Part shown: positions 18,660 to 29,300 of the stretch, one piece after another
Position numbering within the stretch: the stretch's first letter is position 1
Layout of the letters: each line of letters starts with the position of its first letter
Source of the DNA: an uncultured bacterium
GTDB lineage: Bacteria; Omnitrophota; Omnitrophia; Omnitrophales; Abzuiibacteriaceae
Direction: 5' to 3'
Assembly (NCBI GenBank): GCA_964387845.1
Contig: CAYLXA010000013.1
Location: forward strand, 25,521 to 89,520
DNA: 64,000 nucleotides
Made by a program: the position numbers and the translations under genes
Notes under the pieces: model-generated
Told to the model about the DNA's origin: nothing
The model's database searches: none
What the model saw: only the letters and a program-made list of their open reading frames with translations

Positions 18660-18710
18660 GGCGCAGCCGAAGAATCTAGATCCTTCGCTTCGCTCAGGAT
18701 GACGATTAAT
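18660..18710. repeat. Palindromic element between nuoC and nuoD, related to the elements at 32738 and 33528 (family G)
   Basis: tcgtcattctgaggcgcagccgaagaatctagatccttcgcttcgctcaggatgacga has a 13-bp outer stem with one mismatch. It shares the gtcatt..gaggcg / cgaag.aatct motifs with the repeats flanking 32893..33522. Confidence 0.55.
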
Positions 18711-18712
18711 TC

Positions 18713-19225
18713 TTATCCTGTCGCCTTCTGGATGACTTCGCTTTGATCATCCGACACATAGTCTTTGCGCATCGGATAAAACTGAAAACCTTCCCACATC
18801 AAAATTCTGCGTAAGTCCGGATGTCCTTCGAATTGAATCCCGAACAAATCGTACGCTTCGCGCTCTTGAAACTCGGCACTCCGCCAAACAGGTGTCACGG
18901 ACGGAATTTTCCCCGTTTCGCGGTCGGTACGGACTTTGATGGCGAGCGGGCCATGTTTTTTTGTCATGGAATACAAATGATAAACCGCTTCAAGATGCGT
19001 GGTGTAGTCAACGCCCGAAACGCTTGAAAGGAAATTAAGCTCATAATCGGGATTTCCCTTAAGAAACATGGCCACTTCAAGCCATTTTTCTTTGGGAACT
19101 ATCAAACTATCCGCTTCAATCGTAATTTGCGAAGACGTACGTGATTCGATGTCTTTTTTAATTTCTTCTAGGGATTTCACGAATACACCGTAATGTCTTT
19201 GCGGGAATTGGCCTGCGGATTCCAA
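18713..19225 (-). CDS. nuoC: NADH-quinone oxidoreductase subunit C (30 kDa)
   Basis: The 170-aa protein has the NuoC-like motifs EAVYHL and [18 protein letters not shown]. Confidence 0.85.
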   Translation of the reverse strand: MESAGQFPQRHYGVFVKSLEEIKKDIESRTSSQITIEADSLIVPKEKWLEVAMFLKGNPDYELNFLSSVSGVDYTTHLEAVYHLYSMTKKHGPLAIKVRTDRETGKIPSVTPVWRSAEFQEREAYDLFGIQFEGHPDLRRILMWEGFQFYPMRKDYVSDDQSEVIQKATG

Positions 19226-19854
19226 ATTTCAGGATTGTACTTCGGGATTAAACCGTTCGGCCCGTATTCCGGAACCGGAAATTCACGTTTCAGGCCTTTT
19301 TGATACCACTCGGTTTTTTCAATTTCTTGCGAATCGATTTTCTCTTGAAGCTTCATTAAACCATGCAAGAGCGCTTCCGGGCGCGGCGGGCAACCGGGCA
19401 GGTGAACATCGACCGGAATGTAACGATCAATTCCTTTTAACACATTGTATCCGTCGATAAACGGGCCGCCCGAAATGGAACAAGCGCCCATCGTGATGCA
19501 ATATTTCGGCTCCGGCATTTGATTGTAGAGACGAACCACATTCGGCGCCATTTTTTTGGTGACTGTGCCGGCGATGATGATGAGGTCAGCTTGACGCGGC
19601 GAAGCGCGGAAAAGTCCCGCGCCGAATCGATCGATGTCGTAGCGTGCGCAGGCCGTGGCGATCATTTCAATCGCGCAGCAAGCAAGTCCGAACTGGAGCG
19701 GCCAAATAGAAGAGCGGCGGCCCCAATTGTAAAGCGCTTCAAGGGGCGTAATGTAAACGCCCTTTTTTGATAGTTCGTTTTTTAAACCGTCTTCAACTTG
19801 ATTAACATTCGGTGTGAAAGCCATTATTTCCATTCCAGCGCGTGTTTGCGCCAT
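19177..19854 (-). CDS. nuoB: NADH-quinone oxidoreductase subunit B (20 kDa, N2 cluster)
   Basis: The protein has GLACCAIEM and [10 protein letters not shown]. The start is more likely the internal Met near 19824-19833, because the longest ORF overlaps nuoA. Confidence 0.85.
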   Translation of the reverse strand: MAQTRAGMEIMAFTPNVNQVEDGLKNELSKKGVYITPLEALYNWGRRSSIWPLQFGLACCAIEMIATACARYDIDRFGAGLFRASPRQADLIIIAGTVTKKMAPNVVRLYNQMPEPKYCITMGACSISGGPFIDGYNVLKGIDRYIPVDVHLPGCPPRPEALLHGLMKLQEKIDSQEIEKTEWYQKGLKREFPVPEYGPNGLIPKYNPEIWNPQANSRKDITVYS

Positions 19855-20219
19855 GCGTAGGCAAGCCCGAGAGCAAGAATTGCGATGAAAATTAACATTT
19901 CAATAAAAGCAAAAAGCCCGAGCTGGTTGTAAGCAACCGCCCAAGGGTAGATAAAGACGGTTTCGACATCGAAAATCACGAAAATCAGCGCGAAGATGTA
20001 ATACTGGACCTTAAATTGAATCCATGCGTCACCCTTGGCTTCAAGGCCGCATTCGTAAGAGGCATTTTTTATCTGATTGGGTTTCTTGGGTGCGACGATT
20101 TTGGCTAGTATTATAGGAAGCGCTGGGAAAACAATGGCGACCAGAAGAAACACACCCAGAAACCAATAATTGTATAAATACGAATCGATATTGTTCATCT
20201 GAAATAGGGAATTGGACAA
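19824..20219 (-). CDS. nuoA: NADH-quinone oxidoreductase subunit A
   Basis: The 131-aa protein has three TM helices and is the first gene of the operon. Confidence 0.85.
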   Translation of the reverse strand: MSNSLFQMNNIDSYLYNYWFLGVFLLVAIVFPALPIILAKIVAPKKPNQIKNASYECGLEAKGDAWIQFKVQYYIFALIFVIFDVETVFIYPWAVAYNQLGLFAFIEMLIFIAILALGLAYAWRKHALEWK

Positions 20220-20241
20220 CGATATCCGTTGATTATAGTTA

Positions 20242-20269
20242 ATCTGTAAGAAGTGTCAACACTGTGCTA
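20242..20269 (-). promoter_or_regulatory. Near-consensus sigma70 promoter for the nuo operon
   Basis: The minus strand reads TTGACA (20269..20264), a 16-nt spacer, then TATAAT (20247..20242). This puts it ~20 nt upstream of the nuoA start. Confidence 0.5.
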
Positions 20270-20370
20270 CTTATATAACGTTGGGAACATTTTCAAAGAA
20301 AGCGCAGGGTAGTCATGACTTCAACTAATTTAACGATTGAAAAATAAAAGGGAAGTCATGGCAACAACAC

Positions 20371-23300
20371 TTAAACCGAGAGAGAAATTGTGGTTGGTGC
20401 TTTCTCGACTAAAATTTCAAAAAGGATTTCGAAAAATGTTTTCACCGGATTTCCGGAAGGTTTTGGGCCGCCGCGCAAACGGATCATTTCGCCGTTGAAT
20501 TTGTCCAATTGCTGTAATGACGCAACGCCGATTTGCAGAGGGGCGACACGGGTTGAGCTTTGGATTAAAGACTTGGCAGTTGAAATCGGTTCATTCTGAA
20601 CTACCGCAGATTCATCAAGCGTTTCCAAACCTCCGGTTATTGTAGCAATTGCACCGGAAACATTTGCTTTTGTATTGGAGGCAGCCTGTCGCGGAACATT
20701 GCCGCTGCCGGATGCTGCCGCAGGCTGTGTTCCAGGGCTTGGGTTATTATAGGGCACAATCACGCCGACAATTCCCGGCGTATAATATCCGCCTGTGTTT
20801 TGAGGATTTGCCGTCTCTTGCGGTGAACCGTTTTCCGGCCCGCCTTCGTCCGGATTGGAATCCGGAGGATTCTGGGTTTCACCGTTGGTAGCGGGGCTTT
20901 CCGGGATAACTGCAAATGTTGCTTCTATCGTATGATCAGAAGTGACGTTATTAAATGTATAACTCGAAACCGCGCCGACGGAGGTTGAATTCACAAGTAC
21001 ATCTTGGATTTCGTAGCGCGAATCGGGCGTAATTGTAAAAGTCGCATTGTCACCTTCGTTGACCACAACATCTCCAACCGGTGAAATTTGGCCGCCTTCC
21101 GAAGCGCTTGCGGTAATTGTGAAGGCTAGTGGATTACATGGAGCGCCTTCCGGGCAAATACACATATCGTTTGCTTCATCGCATTCTTCACCGGTGTCAC
21201 AGGCAGAAGTTCCGGATTGGCATCCTGCTGTTGCATTACAAGTCTCGCTTCCGTTGCAGAATAATCCATCCGAACAAATCGAATCATCCGGCGTATTGGC
21301 GCAGCCGTTTACGGAATCGCAGGAATCATTTGTGCAGGAGACGCCATCATCACACACAAGCGGTGCGCTCGCCTGACAACCTAAGCCGGGGTCACAGGTC
21401 TCCGTACCGTTACACACATTGGCGTCATCGCACACAAGCGGTGTTCCGGCCTGACAGGTATTATTTACACAAGCTTCAGCGCCGTTACATAAATTTCCGT
21501 CGCCACACTCCGAATCACTGATACAAGCAAAACACTGATCATTCGGTTCATCACAATGGTCCGGATCCGAGCAAGGCTCGGTTCCGTTTTGGCAAATTCC
21601 GGCAATACAAATTTCGGCTCCTGTGCAGAATAACCCGTCAGAACAGCTCATACCATCCACAACCGGGGTTGATTCGCAGCCCGTTGCAGGATCACAAGCT
21701 TCCGCGGTGCATGGATTGCCGTCATCACAGACAAGCGGCGCGCCTGTTTGACAACCCAGCGTTGAGTCGCAACTTTCAGGGCCGTTACAGACATTTCCGT
21801 CATCACATGTTAGCGGTATCCCGGATTGGCAACCCAAGGCAGAATCGCAGGTTTCTGTTCCGTTGCAGATGTTGCCATCATCGCAAACGAGAGAAGTTCC
21901 GGCTGTACAGATGCCTGCCTGGCAAGTTTCCGTTCCATTACAAGCGTTGCTGTCATCACAGTCGGAGTCATTAAGGCATCCTGTGCATTGATCGTTTGTT
22001 TCGTCGCAGATCAGGTTTGGTCCTGAGCAAGGTGCCGGATTTGATTGGCAACCCAGAGCGGCGTTGCAGATTTCAGCTCCCGTGCAAAATAATCCGTCCG
22101 AGCAAACCGAATTGTCTGTTGTATGCACACATCCGCTCAAAGAATCGCAGGAATCATTCGTACAAGCAATTCCATCATCACAATTAAGAGGAACACCCGA
22201 TAAACAACCCAAAGTTGGATCGCAAGATTCAATACCGTTACACGCATCGGCGTCTCCGCAGTTTAATGGCGCACCCAACTGACAGCCAAGGACAGAATCA
22301 CAGGTTTCTGTTCCGTTGCAGAGGTTGCCGTCATCGCAAGCAAGCGGAGTTCCTGGCTGGCATGAACCCGAGACGCAGGTTTCTGTGCCATTACAGGTAT
22401 TGTTGTCTGAGCAATTTGCATCGGTTAAACATGCTTGCACTACGATAGTGATTGCCGGTGAAAATCCGCTGCCGAAACCGCCATCCTGAGGCGGCTGGGA
22501 CCAAGCCTGTACACGGGCGTAGTAAGTTCCGGTTTGTGAAATTACAAACGGTTCAAAAATTCCCGATGGCCAGCGTTCATCGATATTCTGTACAAAATTT
22601 GGATCCGGCGACAATTGTACTTGATAGATCGCAGCGCCCGGAACCGCGTCCCATTCCAAATTGAATGCTCCTAAATTCGGCGAAGGCGGATTTGCGCTCA
22701 CGCCGGGCGGCGCCGAGAAATTCACGGAAATCATAATATCGTCGGAACCTGTGAGCATCGAGTCATCTGCGGTCAACCGTAATTGATAAGAACCCGGATG
22801 CGAAAATGTAACGGACGTGCTGGTATTGTTCGGCGGATTGAATGTGGCGATACCGCCGGAGCTGGTTACTTGCGACCAGCTGACCGTCACCGCACCGGGC
22901 GGATTCGGCAGACCATCATCCGTCACGCCGCCGTTAATGATTGCCGAAGTGCCGAAAGCGACGGTTTGATCATTTCCAAGGTCAACGGTTGGATTTTCAT
23001 TCTGTAAAGTCGATTGGTACTCATACGGACCGATGTCGGTTTGCGCATCGCGCGGGCGGTCTCTGACGTCGGTATGCAAATTCGGCATCGGAAATCCCGC
23101 GTCAATGGCGGCTGATTCGCTGTGCAAATCGTAATCGTTGACCGAAGGAGCTTCTGAAAAATTAACCATCAACACATCCGTTGCGGTTTGCAGGCTCGAA
23201 TATGTGTCGACGCCGTTGAGAAATGACCGCCAGTTGTTGAAATTGGTTATGGGATCTGGTGACGACCACTCGATCCCGCCGGCTGCGAAATACTGACAGT

Positions 23301-26300
23301 CGATATAGATATTGTTGTTGTGCTGAATCGCCGCAAAATCTGTGTAGTTGAAGTAAGCTGCGCAATAAGCCGGCGCCGCTTCTTTTTTGTAAACGATGTT
23401 GTTTAAGAACTGAATGTTGGGGGCGCTTGACGGACTTGCCTCTGCGCCGATGAGGACCACGTAACTATCGTATCCGTTGCCGATCAGTAAATTGTTATAG
23501 AATCGGCCGTTTTCTTGGACGTTGTCCAAAGACAAAGCTTTTCCGATCGATGCGTCTACCACGTTATTAAAGAATTCAATGTTGGAACCTATGCCGCCGA
23601 CCGTGCCGTTGATGTAATTGTTGTAATAGCGGCTGTTACGGTTGAGTTGAAGTGCGCCCGAAAGGCCGGCGTTGATCGTTATGTTGTTCGAAAATAAATT
23701 GCCAGCAGCATGTCCATAAATCACATGGCCGTATCGGTCATAGGTGTATTGCCAAGGATCTGATATTTCTGAAAGGCATATCTCAACAGGATAGCTGGAG
23801 TCGTCGGCAATGACGAGAGGCCCGATATTTTCAAATCGGTTGTTCTGATAAGTAAAATAGTTATCAATTGTCGGGTGGGGCGTTAGATCCGCGATACCCA
23901 TGCTATTAAGGCTTCTGAGAGTACTGTCATAAACTTCGATATATTGACCGGGATTTCCGCCGGGCAGCGGGTTCATTTTAATACCTTCCTCGCCATGCTG
24001 AATGGTTAAGCCGATGAAACGGATGTAGGATGCTGACGTGTAAAACCGGTTTTGTCCGGGAAAGTAAAACGAATGTTCTGACGGGTTGGTCCCGGACGGG
24101 AGGCGAATGTATAAGCGCCCACTTGTGCAATCGATAAAATAAGCGTTGAATGAAGTATTGGAATTCGGGATTGTTAATACATCAAGCATATCTTGATGAC
24201 GGAGCATGCGGCTGAAGGGCCGTTCAAGATCCATGATTATGCCTCTCGGATAATTTCCTTCACCGCCGTTTGCGTTAGGATCGTATGTTCCAAGCGATGT
24301 ATCAGTCCACCAGATTGAATAATTGCCCGCGTTTTCTGAAAATGTCCAGTTTGAAGGAATGCTTGCTCCCGAATCAATGACCGGTGTTTCGCCGGGATAG
24401 TTTCGAATGGTTACCCACTGATTCGGCGCTCCGCCGCGATCCATAAGGTTGTAGGATCCAAACGGCTGTGTTCCACCGCGGATGTAAACCGTATCTCCAG
24501 GATTGAGCTGATCAAACGTTGCGCTTACATTGCAAATCGGCTGGGCAAGAGATCCGGGGCCGCTGTTGCTGCACGCCGGATTATTTGCATCAACTACGTA
24601 GTAATTTCCCGCGCAATCGTTTGAACAATCAAAATGGCTTTCACGCCGGAGATCACAGTAACCGTCACCGCAAGTCCCGGCGCAATCCTGCGAGCAGGTT
24701 TGAACCGTCTCTGGCGCTTCACAAATACCGTCGCCGCAAAGTGCGGTAGTGGTAACCGAAAAAGACGCTTCAATGGTGTGGGTTGTTTGTACGTTGTTAA
24801 ACGTATAACTGGAAATAGCGCCTTGCGAAACGCTGTCGACGAGCACATCCGTAATTTCGTAACCGATATTGGGCGTGATTGTAAATATTTGATCGCTGCC
24901 TTCGGCAACATTGACCGTGCCGTTCGGTACAATGTAGCCGCCGTTATTTGCTGTTGCATTAATTGAATGTGAAGGGCCTTCTACTTGGCAGATTGAGCTG
25001 CAGCCGTCGCCGCTTGCCGTATTGCCGTCGTCGCAAGTTTCATTGCCGACGACTAAACCGTCACCGCAAATTGGATTACATTCTGGGTTGCTGCCGGGAT
25101 TTACAGTGTCAACGGAACAGGTCCAACCGGCCTCGTAATAAATCGTGTCTTGCATAATGGCCGAAATGTTTCCAACACTATCAATCAATCTGGCAAACAC
25201 TGTCCGTTCACCGCTCGGCCCGCTGGCAAGTTTCCAGCGCATGACGTTTTCATACGGAGTCGGGTCACTCCAAATTGTTCCGTTATTAGAAAATATTACG
25301 GATGTGATCGAGGATCCGCCTGAGTCAGAAACCGTTAAGTAGATATGCGAGTCTAACGAATAAGTAACCGCCGCGTCATTCTCAATCAGTATTGTTCCGC
25401 TCGGCGGTTCAAGATCAACGACAAACTGAACCACATTGGAATATTCGGTTGGGTTCCGCCCAAGTTGAAACGGCGGCACGGGCGGTGATTCCCATCCGCG
25501 CACGCGGGCGTGATAAGTATTTGAGGTGCTCAACGAAACAGGAACAAACGTATCGTTTGACCAAAGAGTCGTAACATTGGAAGCAAAATTAGGGTCGGTT
25601 GAAATTTTGATTTCGTAAGCATTTGAGCCCAGCGACGGAGTCCAAGCGAGATTAAAATCGCCGTCATTGGGCGTTGCGGGTTGCGCCAGAACAGGCTGGA
25701 CGGCGGCTTGTGACGCAAAAGCCCCAATGTGGCAGCCTGTGCTTCCGGTTGGCGTGACGGAAACATTAAAACCGTTTTCGATGACATTAAGGCACATGCC
25801 CGAGTGGCTTGCAGGACTGCCCGGTTGAAGATTGAAATCAGCGTTTGCGAGATCCACAAATTGCGGATCTGCTTGAATATTTGAATCTGCCAGATTGAAG
25901 TTATTAAAATCAGCTACTGAGTAAAGCCCGCTCACCACGATTTGCCCGTTTCCGCCGCCATCTTTTAAAGCTCTAATAACCGAAGTTTCGTGGGCCGGAT
26001 TAGACGAGTAAATCAAATTATTTCGAATGTCATCGCCGTATCCGCCAAAATTCGTATCAACATATTCCAGCGGATCGTAATGAAGCATTAGTAGCTCAGC
26101 ATTGAAAGTATTGCCGAAAGAGACTGGTGAAACATAATCATGGTTGGCATCCATCAAAATATTGTTCCAGATGCGGACATTATATATAGCATTCAGGGCG
26201 TCCGGAGGATTCCAGTTGAAATTGGCAGTATAAATTCCACGCGGCCCCGGACTGTGAATGGTATTGTTAAAGATGTATACGTCCTGAATTAAATTTTGGT

Positions 26301-29300
26301 CAGCAACATTTGCAACGAGCGTGATTCCGGTAGAATCGTTAAATCCGTCATAAATAACGTTATTGTAAATGTAAAGTCGTTCTGTTTTTCCGGGCCCGAT
26401 TTGAATTGCGCCGCCGCGGTGATTTGATTCTGAAGGGAATTGGTTGGTTCCAAAAAACGTGTTATTTCGAATAATCGTATTTTGTGAAATGCCGGGATTT
26501 CCGTCAATTGAACCGATGCCGAATGAAGTGTGAAACCGATTTCGGAATGTATTATTCTCTATTAAAACATTTTCAGAATTCCGGAAACCGACAGTTCCAT
26601 GTCCGCAATCACCGAACCAGCTGTTTTTAATAGTCGTATTTCTTGCATCATCGCCAACAATTCCGTCAACGCCGCCGCCGTTCATCAGAAGCAAGCTCGG
26701 GCTTGCCGTGCAATTTAAATTTAAATTGTCAATCTCTACTCCATCGGTATCGAGAACTTTAATTCCGTTTGCCCAAGGTTCCGCGTAACTTTGCTCCGGC
26801 GGCCAGCGGTGGCCAATGCCGATATCATCATTTCCGGTGAATGAAGTGACTGATATATTTTTGAGCTTGACGCCATTTGACCGTTGAATGCCAAGCACGT
26901 AGGGTGCATACAATCTTCCGCCTGCGGTATCGATATGCCCAATGAAATTTAATGAATCAAAAGTAATGTCGTTTGCCAAATAAGTTGTCAGCATATATAT
27001 GCCGATATTGCTGCCTTGAGCCGTCATACTGCTGCCGTGTAAATTCACGGTTTCATTCGGATAGCCGCGAATCGTAATCGGGTTTGCCTCAGTTCCCGAA
27101 CTTCGGATGACAATAAAATTGTTTGCATCAATGTAGGGGAGGAAGTAATCGCCGCCCCGAATGTAAACCGTATCGCCGATATTTAATTTTTCATAAGGAG
27201 ACGTTTCACGAAGCGCTCTCGGCGTGCACCACGGCGTATTGGGATCGAGTGCTTGAGTTCTTGAGTAACTGTCCGAACAGTCACAATTATTTTGATCAAT
27301 GAAAAGCATATTAGTTCCGTTCGCAAGCTCTTGCGGGTCGGAACTGCCGACCGTGCATCCGCCTTCGGATTGGCTTGTATATTCAAATGCGCCGGGCGCG
27401 CAACTTCCGCTTTCAGGACGCGGATTTCCGTCAAAATCCACCGCAACTTCCGGAAGACAAGGGACCGAGCCGATCGCAGGGCTGTCCTGCTGTAAATGAA
27501 AATCGCCGATACCAGCGTTTACGAAAAGCGGGTTGCCGTCTACGTTGTCTTCGGCGAATGACAGTGCATTAAATTCGTCGATGGTGTAGTGATAACGCTG
27601 CGTGTTCCGATTGTTGGTGCTTTGGACCGGGTCTTCGGCAGGATTGAGTTCTTTGACCCAGTTATTTTCAAACACATTTCCATAGCCATTTTGGCCTTCA
27701 AAATCCCAGCCGCCCAGCCGGATTTCGCCGTGAATTTGTTCTCCTTCGCCCGTATAAGTTTGAATTCCGTAGAAAATATTATTTTTGATTTGATTATTAT
27801 TGGCCCAATTATTTTGGCCGAAAACGCCGTTATTGCCGACGCTCATGTTGGCGTAGCCTGTGTTGTAAACCGTGTTGTGAAAGATTTTATTGTTGTTGGC
27901 TTCAAAGAATCCGGTGCCGGGCCCGTTTTGATCCTGAGAATTGGCAATCGAAATTCCGTTTCCATTTAATGCGCCGTTGTAAATCACATTGTTATAAATC
28001 AGGTTGTCACTGGCCCCCAAAATCTGAATGCTGTTTGCGCGAAGCGTGGTCTCCGAAGGAATTGAATTGTAAGTATGAAACGTGTTATTCCGGATGATGT
28101 TATCGTGAGAACCGACACCAACGGCGATATTGGTATGGAGCGTATTTGAAAAATCATTATTTTGCACCAAAACGTCATGCGTATTAAAACGAAGCACAAG
28201 TAGAATGTGGCCGCAGTCACGGAATGTATTGTTTTCGATTAAGCCGCCCGAGACATAATCCATCATGATGCCATCGCCGGAATAGCGGTTGTCCGGGTTA
28301 ATTTGATCGTTAACTTGCATGCATCGGAAAAAACTATTCTTCACTGTGATGTTGCTTGCATTATCAAATTCGATGCCGTTGCCATAAGGTGCATTAGGAG
28401 CGCGATCGTCGTAGCCGATGTCATCGGTGCCTTTGAAGTCAACAACCGAAATGCTGTCAAATACAATATCGCTGCTTCCGCTGACAACCTCAATGACTCG
28501 CGGGCCATACAATTTTCCGTTTGGGTTACCAACATCCACGTTGCCGACAAAATGAAGATTTTCAAATGTGATGAAATGAACGTCATTCAGAACAAATGTG
28601 CGTTCGAACGCTGTGTGCGCACCGCGGATGACTGCCGTTTCGCCGGGATATGAAGTGAATGTAATTCGGTTGCTATCGCTTGTGCCCGATGAATTGATTC
28701 TGACTGTGGTATCGACGATCGGATATTCACCGCCGCGAATATAAACGGTGTCGCCTGCGTTTAATTTGTGATTGGGCCGGTTTTCATGAAAGCCAAGAGG
28801 CGAACACCAGGGTGTATAAGGATCGCGTGCCGCATACCGGTCTCCAGCGTCGCTGCAGTTGCAATTATTTTTATCCACAAAGAGAACATTGGCGCCGTTG
28901 GCAAGCCCTTGCGGGTCAGAGCTTCCGGCTATGCAGCCTCCGAGCTCTGATGGGTGATTGTTGGGATCGTTGGGATTAAATCCGCCTGCAAATTCTTCAC
29001 CGTCTGAGTAGCCGTCACCGTCTGTGTCCGGATTATTAGGATCCGTGCCGTTTTGAAATTCCTGCAGATTGATAAATTGATCATTGTCCGGGTCATCCGT
29101 GCCGTTTTGATTGAGATTGCCGAAGTGCAGCATTTCCCAAACGTCCGGCAAACCGTCTTGATCTGTATCTGAAGTGTCGTTGTAAACATACTCGAATGGA
29201 CCGATGTCGCAGGCAGCGCCTTGCGGCCGGATATGGTTGTCAAAATCAAAATCTACTTCAGGAACACAGATTCCGGCATCCACTGCCGAGCTTTGCTCGG

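Noticed and set aside
20311-20361. catgacttc...gaagtcatg inverted repeat downstream of the giant gene as its terminator
   Set aside because: A 9-bp stem with a 28-nt loop and no U-tract on the minus strand is not a convincing intrinsic terminator.
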